From the NCBI RefSeq assembly GCF_009914755.1, contig NC_060936.1: a stretch of 64,000 nucleotides of DNA. One strand, written 5' to 3'. Of the stretch, positions 36,761 to 54,425 are shown in pieces. This DNA is from the human T2T-CHM13v2.0 reference genome, Homo sapiens. Every line of letters starts with the position of its first letter. The first letter of the stretch is position 1. Position numbers and translations under genes: made by a program. Under the pieces are notes generated by a model, which saw nothing but the letters and a program-made list of their open reading frames with translations, did not search any database and was not told where the DNA came from.

Positions 36761-38808
36761 AACATGCATGTTGTGCACATGAGGACATTGAGATACCATG
36801 CATTGAATAGACTTGCTTAAAGGGAAGTTTAAGAATAGAATCTAGAATTGTTCAATCTAAGCAAAAAATGTTCTCTGCACACTAAGCTGCCATCCTACAT
36901 GTTAGTGAGGAAGAGAAGGATCTGCATAATAGTGTCATTGTACATGGTCCATAAACACTAGAATGCGAGTTCTCAACATAGAAAAGAGGCTAGCACCATA
37001 GGAGGTGCTGAAAAATGTGGAATTAGTATTGAGTGATTCATGTACACATTAAAACTGCAAAACACCTGATCTTCAGGGCACCAAGAAATAGGCAGAAATT
37101 GCAGGCCAGTAGCTCCTATGCTGGTTGATATCTGTACCAACTGGACAAACCACTTCTAAATCTTCTTGCTCTCCCTGTATCTAGATTTTTTTCACTTCTA
37201 TTCAATGCCCTCCCTTTCGGTCCAAAATACAAATACCTTCCTGTCAAGTGGTAACAAAAGCTTTGTTGGAGACTTGGGGTTAAGCTAAGATTACTAATCA
37301 GATAAGTGGTTTAGGATTTGCTCAACCTGGTTGTTTTGAATATTTATTAGACTGAGGAAACTCTCTTAAAAAGATCCTGAGGATTAGGCCCTGTAGCAAA
37401 ATTCATCTGCATTTCTTTGTTAATTCATCTACACCTCCAAAGGGCATGTAATGGGGCAGGAAACATGGTTGGGGACAAGGGAGCAGAAGTAACCAAATAA
37501 TTGTGAAATTTAAACTACAGATTTTTTACTCCTTCCTGAGGTTTTAATGGCCACCTTAAGTACACAAACCTATGTAGCAACTCTCCAGTCATCAAAATTG
37601 CCTCTTCTCACTTGTTTGGGCATTTTAGTTGTCCACTGCTTACTGGGGAATGAATGCAACTGCAAATGTAGACGCTCGGTGCAGTGAGATAATACATTGA
37701 AATACTGAACCCACACTTCCTCGTGTATGATCCTTTCCCTAGGTAGTCAGAAGCATGCACATTGCCTGGAGAATTAAACTGTTGTGGCAGGAATGCAGAG
37801 AGAAAGAGACAAGCTTTAGTTTTTGACTTCCAAATTGGCTCTCCAAGCCCACATCAGACACAATAGTCATCACCAGGAGACTGCTGAACACTATCAGTCT
37901 CCCGTGCCACGGAGCAGTGTGGGATACAAGCCAAGGCTTGCAGGCCATCAGTGCCATTTGAGCAAGCTCATCGTGTTCCCAGTGCTGAAGAGCCTCATTA
38001 ACGGTTCTTGTCAGTGGCAGGTGAGTTTTCCATCCGAACATCAAAAACTGCCTGCACTTATCCAGGTGATGCCCACTGTGCTTGAAGACTTTGAGGGCAC
38101 CTATTTGAATAGCCTCATGTAGACAGCCACTCCTTTTCTCACTCCCCTTTTTAATTGCCTAGGATATTTGTATATCAAATGCTCAAAAAAGAATGCAGTG
38201 CACAATAAAATCCGCAGATTTAATAATGCTGTAATAAGAATGGTACATTACTTGGAGCAGTGGTGTAACCCTTAACGTCTATGTTAGAAGGCTTTTAAAA
38301 ATACATTTGGGGGAAAGAAAAAACAGACATTCTAGAAACCTTGGCTCTGCAAATTCTGATGATTTAGAATAGAGAAGTTTTTCACTGGGTATATGTGCTT
38401 TGGGCGGAGTAAAGAGAAAAGTCAAAAAGAATTATAACACTGTGGTAAGACTGTAGCAATGTCTGGAAAAGAAATCAAGCATTTTAGCATTTCTAATGCA
38501 TTCACCTGAATGGATTCTTCACATTAGCTGTCTCTCACCTCCGAATAAAAGCCAAAATCTTTACAATGGATTTCTAAGCTATAGCTCATTGGCTGATGTA
38601 CTCTGTCCCTAGACCCTCTTCCTTGTCTCTCTGACCTCACGTACTTTCTGTTTACTTGCTTTACTCAGGCCACACTGGCTTTCCTTCTGATCAAGTGCCC
38701 ATCTATGGGCGCTTTTGAAGTATATCCTCAAAACTTCTGTAGTTGCCATTATATGGGCATGGAACTATCTCCCCTACACACTGTTGCATGGCTTGCTCTT
38801 TTACTATC

Positions 38809-39301
38809 TGCGGTAGTCTCCATTTTGGCCTCCAAAGGTATCCAGGTTCTAATCCCCAGAACCTGTGAATAATACTTTATAAGGCAAAGGGGATTTTTCA
38901 GATGTGATTAAGTTAAGGGTTTTAAGATGAAGAAAGTAGCCTGGATTACTCAGGTGTGCTCTAATTGCAATGATTAGCGTGCTTTTTCAAGGAAGGCAGA
39001 GGGAGATATGCTGTAGAGGAAGGTGATGTGACTACTGAAGCACCGTGCCACATTGCTGGCCCTGGAGATGGAGGAGTGTCCTGAGCCAAGGAGCGCAGCT
39101 CTAGAAACTGGAAAAGGTAAGAAAATGGATTCTCCCCCAGGGCCTCCAGAACCAAGTACAGTCCTGCCTACACCTTGATTTTCTCCTAGGGAAACTGGTT
39201 TCAGACTTCTGATATCCAGAACTAGAAGAGAATAATTTTGTGTGGCTTGAAGTCACTAAGTGTGTGAGAATTTGTTAAAACAGCAATAGTAAACCAATAC
39301 A
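38809..39301 (+). mobile_element. MLT1C/D-like solo LTR within an L2 fragment (~38500-39500)
   Basis: ctaatccccagaacctgtgaata...cagatgtgattaagttaagg...ctctagaaactggaaaagg...gcaatagtaaaccaataca. Confidence 0.88.
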
Positions 39302-40341
39302 CCAATATTTGCTCACATATCAACTTGTCAGTGAGCCCTTCTCTCACAACTTTACTCAAAATTGCAACCCACTCTATTTCTCTGTGTTTTAAATTTTCTC
39401 CGTAGCTTTTTTCATCATATTATATAATTTATCTGTTTTTTCTTGTTTCTCTTTTTCCCCCAGTGAAGTACGTTGCATGGGAGTTGACTTTTTGTTTGTT
39501 TGGTAACTGTGGGAAATAATTCACTCAGCAAACGAGGTGGAACAAATGGGTATCTCTTAGCAGAGGGGGTGTGAAAAAGGAAAGGAATATAGGACAAGAA
39601 GTCATGGAGGATATAATGGACGCTGAACTCAAGAATGTGTATGTTTTGAATATCCTGGAATAAGAGAGAGAGCTTGCTTAGAGGAGGTTATAAAAAATCT
39701 TTTGGAAGTAGTGTACCGAGATGGAACTGGTGAGAGGTGAGCAAGTGCTCCAACTAAGGGTTCCTACTTTGCCTTCCCTATTTTGCAAGGACTGCTGAAG
39801 GATAGAACAGACCAATGTGGGAAATATTAGGATAAATCCTTTGGGGACAAAAACAAAAGAAGTAAAATAAATCTTGATACCTTCACTTTTTTTTTTTCAT
39901 GAGAACGCAACGGTAGAAACACACAATTTCTTTTATGTCGAGTCCAAAGCATACGAGCTTTATTTTGAAGTAGCAGAAGGAGGAAAAAAAATACATTACT
40001 TTAAGTTCTGAAACAGAATCCTGCCTAGGGAGAGAGGAGCCCTATTCAGTCATAAATATCAGGATATGGCCCCTTGGGCATGAGCAGATGGTTTCTAATG
40101 AAGGGCTAGCCCAACTATTCTGCAGCAGGAATTATCTGAAACCTTGGGTGGGAGATAGGGCTAAGTGAGCTTGGTCTGAGGAGAAAAAGGGACAGCAACA
40201 TGATGCAAGTCCATGATTGTAGTAGGAAAATTACCATCACAAATACCCTACTTAACTTTGAAGGCCAGGTGTGTCCCATAGTCAATGTTAGGTTGTTTGT
40301 CCTCCTATGTAGCTAAATAAATTTACCTCTCACCTCCTAAG

Positions 40342-40665
40342 TTTTTTTTTTTGTTTTTTTGTTTTTTTGTTTTTTTTGAGACGGGGTCTCGCTCTGTCGC
40401 TCAAGGTGGAGTGCAGTGGTATGATGCAATCTCGGCTCACTGCAACCTCTGCCTCCTGGGTTCATGCCATTCTCCTGCCTCAGCCTCCCGAGTAGCTGGG
40501 ACTACAGCCACCTGCCACCACGCCTGGCTAATTTTTTAAAATATTTTTAGTAGAGACGGGCTTTCACCGTGTCAGCCAGGGTGGTCTCTATCTCCTGACC
40601 TCGTGATCCACCCACCTCAGCCTCCCAAAGTGCTGGGATTACAGGCATGAGCCACAGTGCCCGGC
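40342..40665 (-). mobile_element. Alu (AluY/Sc-like)
   Basis: gggttcatgccattctcc, atctcctgacctcgtgatcc; T-rich tail on the left. Confidence 0.95.
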
Positions 40666-42039
40666 CCCCTCCTCTCTAAATTCTTAAGTACAATCTGAAA
40701 TACACATAGCCTTGAGTTGGAGAAATTTGGAAGATAAAGGCATTGAGTAAGATTCAGTGGGGCAGTGGGGCCTGCAAACATAAAAACTGTCACTTGAAAT
40801 GGAGATGGAGAATAAAGCTCAACCAACCTGGAGAAATGCAAGCTTGCCCACCCTATCTCTACCCAAATAATCATAAGGGATTTGAAGAATTCAAGCCAAC
40901 TTTATGCAAATATTAAATATATTACCACCTGGAGAAATTAAGTCTGTCCAGGAGGCAAATGTTTGGGTTGTAAATTTAACAGGAAACATTTCTATTCTGT
41001 TTTTTTATGTATTCCTTTTCTCTCCCCCTTTCTCCCCTTGGCACCAAAAAATTTCTGGCCTGTATAGGAAGACATACCTGGCATGAAAGTTGAAAGGATT
41101 ATGAAATCTTGCATTGGATATTTTAGTCGACAGTTTTCCTTTGGACCTTTCTTCTTAAAAACTAAGCTCTGGCACATTGTTGTGGGTTGTTTTCTTTCTT
41201 TCTGTGGCTCCATGCACATGCTGTTGCTTTTGTATTTATTCTCAGCAGGGCGTTCTCTGACACCTATATCAATCAGAACCTTCCTTTCAAAACAGAGCCA
41301 ATGTGGAGAAGATCTGGAGGTCTGTACTGGAGTCTTGCTTTGAGATGGGCTTGGAAATCAAACAAGAAATGCAAACCTTATTAATCAAAATGGGCTCAAA
41401 GGAGATTTGTCTGACAGCACTGCAGAGAGCAGTAATAAAATTAAATAAGTGTCTGTGAGTAGTTACACAGGAAAAAATGTTTCTTGTAAGACAACAGATA
41501 AATGGTAAAGCACATTAAGGTTTGAAAGCTTCTTTTGGAGGAGGGCTGTCAGAGTGGCCATTTACATCCTTCAGCTGGGTGCCAGAGTCTTCTGTGCATC
41601 CTAATAGCTCCTCTGCTGTGTCTGCCAGAACTGTCATTCAGAGATCATAAAATAAGCAAAGAGTCAGCATCTCTTCATTGTTTCAAATCAAAGGCTAAAC
41701 GTTTTTTACAAGCAATGGGACTAACTATGGTGCCTGGAATTTGGAACATAGGTGGTTTTGGCTCTTTTGAATCTTTTGTTCGTTCATTCATTTGGCCAAT
41801 AGATTCTTACTGAATTCATGGTAGGTGCAAACTATGGCATGACACAAAAATGGTCTAGGAACATATTCTCACCTAAAGGAACTTTCCATTTTAAATGGGT
41901 GAAAAGGCATGTACAAACATAGTAAAAGTAATATAGGCCAAGAGTGTAAATGCTGTGAAAATGTTACTTTACTTCACTGTCCTTATTTTGTCCTTCAGGA
42001 ACTGCAAGGGATGAGGCACTATAGATAAGAGTGCCTTAT

Positions 42040-42930
42040 CAACACTTCTTGCGTCCAATTCTTCACCCTTTACTATTCAACTCAATATCATCTGATATTC
42101 ACCCCTCACCAACCTGTAGAAATGGTCTTTGCAAACACCACCAATGACATCCTACTGTTGAAAAGTTTAACAAATGTTCAGTCTTCAAGAAAGGTGGTAT
42201 TCATACATCCCTTTACTTCTTCTTTTATAACCTATTCACTAAGATGAAGCAATATTCACATCAAGAAACTGAATTTATCTCAAACTTCCAAGATAGGCCT
42301 CTCCTGGCTTGCCTCCTGCCTTGCTGACTTCCTTTACCCTGGTCTTCACTTGCTCCTCTTCCTCTCTACGTACACCATCAATGGGGTTGTCTCCCAAGGT
42401 TTTATCCTGGCATATTTTTCTACTTTTTTCTGTTAACCCCCTTTCCTTGGTTTTACAAGGAAACATAAACATAGCTCTTATCAGCCTTTTGTTGTTGACT
42501 CCCAGATTTTTATCTTTAATTACAACATTTTTGGGGGGTGCTCTTTATATAAAAATTCCCAGTGACTATGACCTCTTGGAAATTTCTCAGGCATTCTGAA
42601 CTTATATTTCTGAAATAATTTAATCCTGTCTATATACATTCCCATCTCCCAAAGTCAGTCCTTATCCTGTCTTCTTTATCTCAGAATAGTTCTACTATAG
42701 TATACTGGTATTCAGTGGCTCAAGCCAGAAATCTAGGGGTCACCCTTTCTTCCTTCTGCTGCTTGACATTTTCCAAATTCTTATCTGAACTCACCTTTTC
42801 ATCTACAAAGTTAACTGTGTCACCCATTAGATTTTACGTACACTATTAAAATAGCCTTCTATTTAGTCTATTTTTCAGCCTCTCTTCCAATCCATCCTCT
42901 ATACTGGCAGCATAATTATCTTTGATCAAT
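42040..42930 (+). mobile_element. L2 fragment
   Basis: caccaatgacatcc...gttgactcccagatt...gtggctcaagccagaaatctagggg...aatagcctt...ccaatccatcctc. Confidence 0.65.
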
Positions 42931-44002
42931 TACAGATAGTTGGAGACAATGGAGGCTGTCTATGTCCCTATCTGCCAATATTTTCTCAAAAAAAACAGCA
43001 CAGATCAACAAAGAGGGAAAAATAAAAGTATACCAAAGCCACACTGTCAACATAATTTAGAGACAAAGAAAGCTAAACTGTACAACACCTGAGAAAACAA
43101 ACTGCAAACTCAGCCCAGGATCTCTCGTGCTACCTTCCATCTCCTCTGACAGAAAGGTCTTCAGTGAGAAAAGGGGGCATGCGCCATTGACAGAGAAAGA
43201 AGAGGGAACCCAGGATTAGCCTAGGGTTGGTCTAAAACTACCACCAGAAAGACCAGGCTACAGTAGCAGGTCTAGAAATAACTAAAAGTGTATCTGATAG
43301 GCAGGAACATGAACCACAGGAAGGAATTTAAACATGGGTAGAATTTGAAAGGGCTCTTAGAGTCTTTTGTTGAGAGGCATAGGTTCTGAGGAGGAAAGAA
43401 AGGCAAAAAAAGAAGGAAGGGAGAAAGTGCCACCTGGTAATTCGGTGGTAAAGGGGGAATAAGCAAAAGAAAAATAAGACAAGAGAGAACCAAAACATCA
43501 GAGGACACACAACTCTACTCCCCAACCTAAGGAAACAAATTCACCAAACAGACATATTTCTTTCCTACATGAAAGCCAGACTCACAATTGCCTACATGTT
43601 AACAGCTACACTCAGCATGACATTCAAGACTCCCCATGACCTGCTATCTCCTACCTTTTCCATGACACATCAATCTTTTCAGGTTTTCTCAAATATAATT
43701 CCTTGGTGGGATTACCACATTCCAGGAGCTTATTCCTAGTTGGAAGGCTTAGAGTTACATTTTAAGATTCTCTTTATATGTTTAGATGCCATTAGAGTCA
43801 TAGGTAAATTGAGTCTCTTCATTCAAATTCATAAAAAGCTATTGGACATAAAATGCCATTGGACAAAGTAAAAACAAAACCAGAAAACCTCAGAATACCA
43901 AGCAATTACATTGGTTGCATGCAATAACAAATTGTATTATTTTTATAGGTAAATCTATATGAAGATCAAGTTACAAAGTTGTATACAGAAATGGTGAGAC
44001 CA

Positions 44003-44382
<380 letters not shown>

Positions 44383-47300
44383 TTATCTACCTCTAATACT
44401 GCAAAATTAACTAGATGCTTGTATTCATGGGCCAGGATGTCCTCTTCCCTGGATACAGTTGAAGTCCAACTCTCAACATCTGTCTCTCTGGACACCCATT
44501 TTAGAGCTGCAATTCAGACCATCTTCCTATTGCACCTGAGTACCTGACTTGAAAATTATTAGTCAAATTATTATTAGTCAAAATTACCCCCTAAATTTGT
44601 AAATGAGCTCAGAGTACAAGGATTTTGAATATGTTTATATATAAACACTACTGTAGTAGTAGTAAAGTATAAATACAACAGAATATATGTACAAAATATA
44701 AATTTGCAATACCATCTTTTGATGATGAATCATACTTAGTTGCTTTCACTATGAGAGGCATGCCAGAACTGAGAGCTACTGAGGGTTCCACAGATTCATA
44801 TCTCTCGTTTGAGACTGTCTCTGGGCACATCCTCATTGAATAGAATGATGAGCAAAACCACTTGAACTATTCAAATTATTTTGTTTCTCACTGAAGGAAT
44901 ATAATAAAATTTCCATATACTCAATGTACACAGGCTGTCATCAAATATATATTTCCTTAACTAAAATAATCTGCTATGGCAATTCAACAAAAGTTGGGGA
45001 AGGAGCAGATAAACAGATGGAAGGATGAATATATATTCTATGTAGAAGTGCACAGTGGAAAAACCTAGACTTCGGATTTGAAAAGAAATGGATTGCAGTG
45101 TAGGTTTCCCATCACTTAAGAACTATATGCCTCTTGAGTCCCTTAAGCTCTAAGTATCTGCTCAGTGAAAATAAGAGTATATTGCAGACACTGGCAGATA
45201 TTAAATTACATATATGTTAAAAATTATGAACTATACTTATCCTGTCTCTTGGGAGTCTTATCAGAAGATTTACTCACAATTTTGCTAAGTTATTTTATTT
45301 TACTATAAGGGAATTAATAAACATTTTCATGAATCAGGATATAAAAATGTGATTGGAAATCAAAAATGAATTTGGCTTTATAATAGTTTGAAATAAGGTG
45401 GGCATTCATATGAATTTTAGAAAGGCTTTTTTCCATTTAGTTCTACAGTATAAAGATAATTACTGCATTTGTTTTTAAATCATTTGTGAAGGTTGAGGTG
45501 TTGAGGGATATAAGTAGTCTCCTAAAATAAAGGATGATGTCAACACTAGAAGTGAGGAGAAAAAAAATACATGCATCCATTGAATAAAACTGCCAAATTG
45601 GGTTGTGGGTTCTAGAGAAGCTAAATTTTCTTCACATTTTTATGACTTTCATCTATATGATAACATTTAGATTTTCATGGTATATATACAAATTAACTGA
45701 TAAAATACATTTTCTGAATGAACTCTAAAATTTAACTGGTAGGTATCAGGAGGTCTATCTGTGAATCTCTTGAAACTGTAAAATTTTTGTATGAACGTAC
45801 ATGTGTACTTGCTTTTCAGAGACAGAACAAGTACGCGTGTACATTCATTTTCAGCTGCACTTCTCATCAGATTCTTAGAAATATCCATTAGCCAAAACCA
45901 TTTAAGAACCTTTGCTGTTGATGGCGGTAGGAAAAGTCTGTCAAGATATGTCAGTGCCTTGGGAAAAAGACTTAGGAAAACACCATATGTGCTTTAGAAG
46001 GCAGTGAATGAGTGGGAGCTTTTATTTCAGATGACTAGGCAAAAAGTAAACACAAACAGACTAACTAGACTAACGGTGTTTTCAGTGAGAATTAACATAT
46101 ATAGAATACCTGATAAAGTCTGTATTATTCCTTCTAGAGGATAATGAATCATGAGGAAATAAAACTTCAAGCTCCAAGAAAAAGAACTCATTAGGTGATA
46201 TGTTCTTAGACCAAACGATGGAAGGTTGAGGGAAGGCATCAGAGTCCTTCATAACGAAAATGTGTGACAGTATTTGCTATTGGACTAGAGTTACAAGGAC
46301 AGACTTGGACAATTTGCAGTACTCTATCAAGCAGTGGATTTTATACAACAGATGAATCAGATATAACATATTTGTTCCTGAGTTTTTTTTGTTTTGCTTC
46401 ATGTAGAAAGTTCTTACTGATCTGACAGCATTGTAAAGTACTTGTTATTTAACAATTTTAAAAATATTATTTAACAACAATACTTTGTAGATACCAAAAG
46501 CTTAACTGTAGAACTTTTGTATCTAGTTTTATTATCATAATATTAACAGAGCTATCATTTATTTGCTTCATGTTCTTACTCATATAAACTATAGCATTTA
46601 TATATCATCAGATTGAATCTGTAAGAAAAGCCTTTACGTAATATATGCCATTATTTCACTAGTTTTAGGAAATAGGAAACTGATGCCAAGAATAATTGCC
46701 TAAGATGACACACACCTAGGTCTGTGTGTTGCTGAAACCCATTCTCCTATATTTTCAGCAGTATATTTCCATTTTAGATTTGAGAGAGCATTAAAAGAGA
46801 ATTAGCATTAAGAGAGTCTGGCATCATTTTCTGCCTGGAAGCAGTGGTTCAGGATAACGCGCGCTCCATAAAAGAATAAAAAACATTGATTATTATTTGC
46901 ATCAGAACCCAAAAACATAGCAAAGAGAAAACAGCAAAGGGAAAGAGACAGAAAAGGGAGACTAAGAGGAAGAGAAAGAAAAGGAAATGCTGGTCAAAAT
47001 AGAGGAAGGCAAATCAGAAACCAGAGACCAAAGACTTTTAAAGAACAGGAACACCTCTCTCCTTCAATCTCCACCAACATAGGCACTTGTACTGAACTAT
47101 ACAAAAATCTGAAGTATTGAGTAAGTACCCACATTCTATTACCATCTCTTCTAACATATTTATTGAGAATTATTCTAGAATTCAAGAGAACTATTTTCCT
47201 TTCCTATTAGTGTAGTTTTCTGTAGTTTCCTAGCTTTGGATCTTTCATTTAATAAACCAATTTTTTATTCATTTATAAACTCTCCAATCTACAATTTTTA

Positions 47301-47591
47301 ACTACTGGCTTAAACTTTTTTCTACGTATTTTTTCTATGACATTGTTTGATTCATTTCCTTTAATATTTTATCATTTCCAAGTGGAATAAAGCAATTTGC
47401 ATTTTCCAGAATCATAGATAATTTCTTTTTAAATGTGATTGTGTATTTTAAATAATAGAAACTAATGTCTCTGCCAATTGTCTAACAATAATAATTGTAG
47501 CCTCCGAGTGCTGACAATGTATCAGACACTGTGCTAAGATGTTAAGAGGTATTAACTAATTTAATCATCACAATAATCCTGTGAAGAATAT

Positions 47592-48075
47592 TGTGGCCGA
47601 GATAGCTGGCTGCCTACCAATCTATTTCTCCTTTATTCCTTATAACCAAAATGTTACCCAAAGTGACAAAGACTCCATTTGAAGGTGTATCTTGGAGCTT
47701 CTTGCAGCCATTTGACTGAGTACTGGCCAATGAGATGTGCATAAAACAGTTGTGTGGAACTTAGGTTGTTGGGAGTTATTTCCTTTGAACCTACCCCCCA
47801 ACCCCACTTTCTCCTTTTTACAATCTGAAACACAGGTATGACACCTAATGATTTGGCTGCCAGCATGGTGGCTTGAGGATGGAATCCAGTGCTGAGCATG
47901 GGGAAGCAGAAACAGAAGTAGCCTGGGTCCTGGATGATCTCCTGGAGCCACACTGCCAGCTTGGACTTCTTAGATCTGTACTCAGTTTATGAGAAATACC
48001 AAACCATATGTGTTTAGGCCACTGTTATTTTGGATAATTTATCTTATGCTACTCCACAGAATCCTTAGCTGTGAC
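47592..48075 (+). mobile_element. Old MLT1 (I/J-like) LTR splitting a - strand MIR (~47485-47590 and ~48078-48205)
   Basis: tgactgagtactggccaatgagatgt...gcctgggtcctggatga...tgtttaggccactgttattttgg; MIR halves aatcatcacaataatcctgtga and attattttctcgattttacaaatgaag. Confidence 0.7.
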
Positions 48076-48503
48076 ACAGGTATTATTATTTTCTCGATTT
48101 TACAAATGAAGAATCTTTCAGCTTAACCATGTTAGGTAACTTTTATTACAGCTAGTAATTGTCAGTGTTTGGATTCAAACTGGGATCTGTTTGATTCTAG
48201 AATGCAGTAATTTAATACTAGATTTAGGTTAATATATTGATAGTAATTTTGTGAATATCCAAATTATGTGGCATGCAACATAATTATTTTCTTTTTTAAA
48301 TTATACTTTAAGTTGTAAGGTACATGTGTACAATGTGCAGGTTTGTTACATATGTATACATGTGTCATATTGGTGTGCTGCACCCATTAACTTGTCATTT
48401 ACATTAGGTATTTCTCCTACTGCTATCCCTCCCCGCTCCCCCAACCCCACAACAGGTCCCAGTGTGTGATGTTCCCCACCCTGTGTCCAAGTGTTCTCAT
48501 TGT

Positions 48504-52320
<3,817 letters not shown>

Positions 52321-52383
52321 TATGATGTTAGCTGGTTATTTTGCTCGTTAGTTGGTGTAGTTTCGTCCTAGCCTCGATGGTCT

Positions 52384-53540
<1,157 letters not shown>

Positions 53541-54098
53541 ATTTGTGGTTTTATCTACCTTTTGGTCTTTGATGATGGTGACCTAGAGATGGGGTTTTGG
53601 TGTGGATGTCCTTTATGTTTATTAGTTTTCCTTCTAACAGTCAGGACCCTCAGCTGCAGGTGGGTTGGAGTTTGCTGTAGGCCCACTCCAGACCCTGTTT
53701 GCCTGGGTATCACCAGCGGAGGCTGCAGAACAGCAAATGTTGCTGCCTGATCCTTCCTCTGGAAGCTTCGTCTCAGGCGGGCACCTGGATTATGAGGTGT
53801 CATTTGGCCCTTACTGGGAGGTTTCTCCCAGTTAGGCTACTCAGGGGTCAGAGACCCACTTAAGGAGGCAGTGTCTCTGTTCTCAGAGCTCAAACACCGT
53901 GCTGGGAGAACCACTGCTCTCTTCAGAGCTCTCAGACAGGGATGTTTAAGTCTGCAAAAGTTTCTGCTGCCTTTTGTTCAGCTATGCCCTTCCCCCAGAG
54001 GTGGAGTCTACAGAGGCAGGCAGGCCTCCTTGAGCTGTGGTGGGCTCCACCCTGTTCGAGCTTTGTGGCCGCTTGGTTTACCCACTCAAACCTCAGCA

Positions 54099-54425
54099 AT
54101 GATGGACGCCCCTCCCCCAGCCTCACTGCTGCCTTGCAGTTCAATCTTGGACTGCTGTCCTAGCAGTGAGCAAGGCTCCATGGGTGCGGGCCCCTCTGAG
54201 CCAGGCACAGGATATAATTTCCTGGTGTGCCGTTTGTTAAGACCACTGGGAAAGTGCAGTATTAGGGTGGGAGTGTCCCGATTTTCCAGGTACCGTCTGT
54301 CACAGCTTCCCTTGCCTAGGAAAAGGAACTCCCTGACCCTTTGTGCTTCCCGGGTAAGGCAATGCCCTGCCCTGCTTTGGCTCACACTACGTGGGCTGCA
54401 CCCACTGTCCAACAAGCCCCAGTGA
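54099..54425 (+). CDS. L1 ORF0 homologue (antisense 5' UTR ORF), 108 aa, expression unknown
   Basis: MMDAPPPASLLPCSSILDCCPSSEQGSMGAGPSEPG...IRVGVSRFSR aligns by eye to L1HS ORF0 (MAGAPPPASLPPCSLISDCCASNQRDSVGVGPSEPG...IRVGVTRFSR, recalled); part of track ORF 53871..54425. Confidence 0.6.
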   Translation: MMDAPPPASLLPCSSILDCCPSSEQGSMGAGPSEPGTGYNFLVCRLLRPLGKCSIRVGVSRFSRYRLSQLPLPRKRNSLTLCASRVRQCPALLWLTLRGLHPLSNKPQ

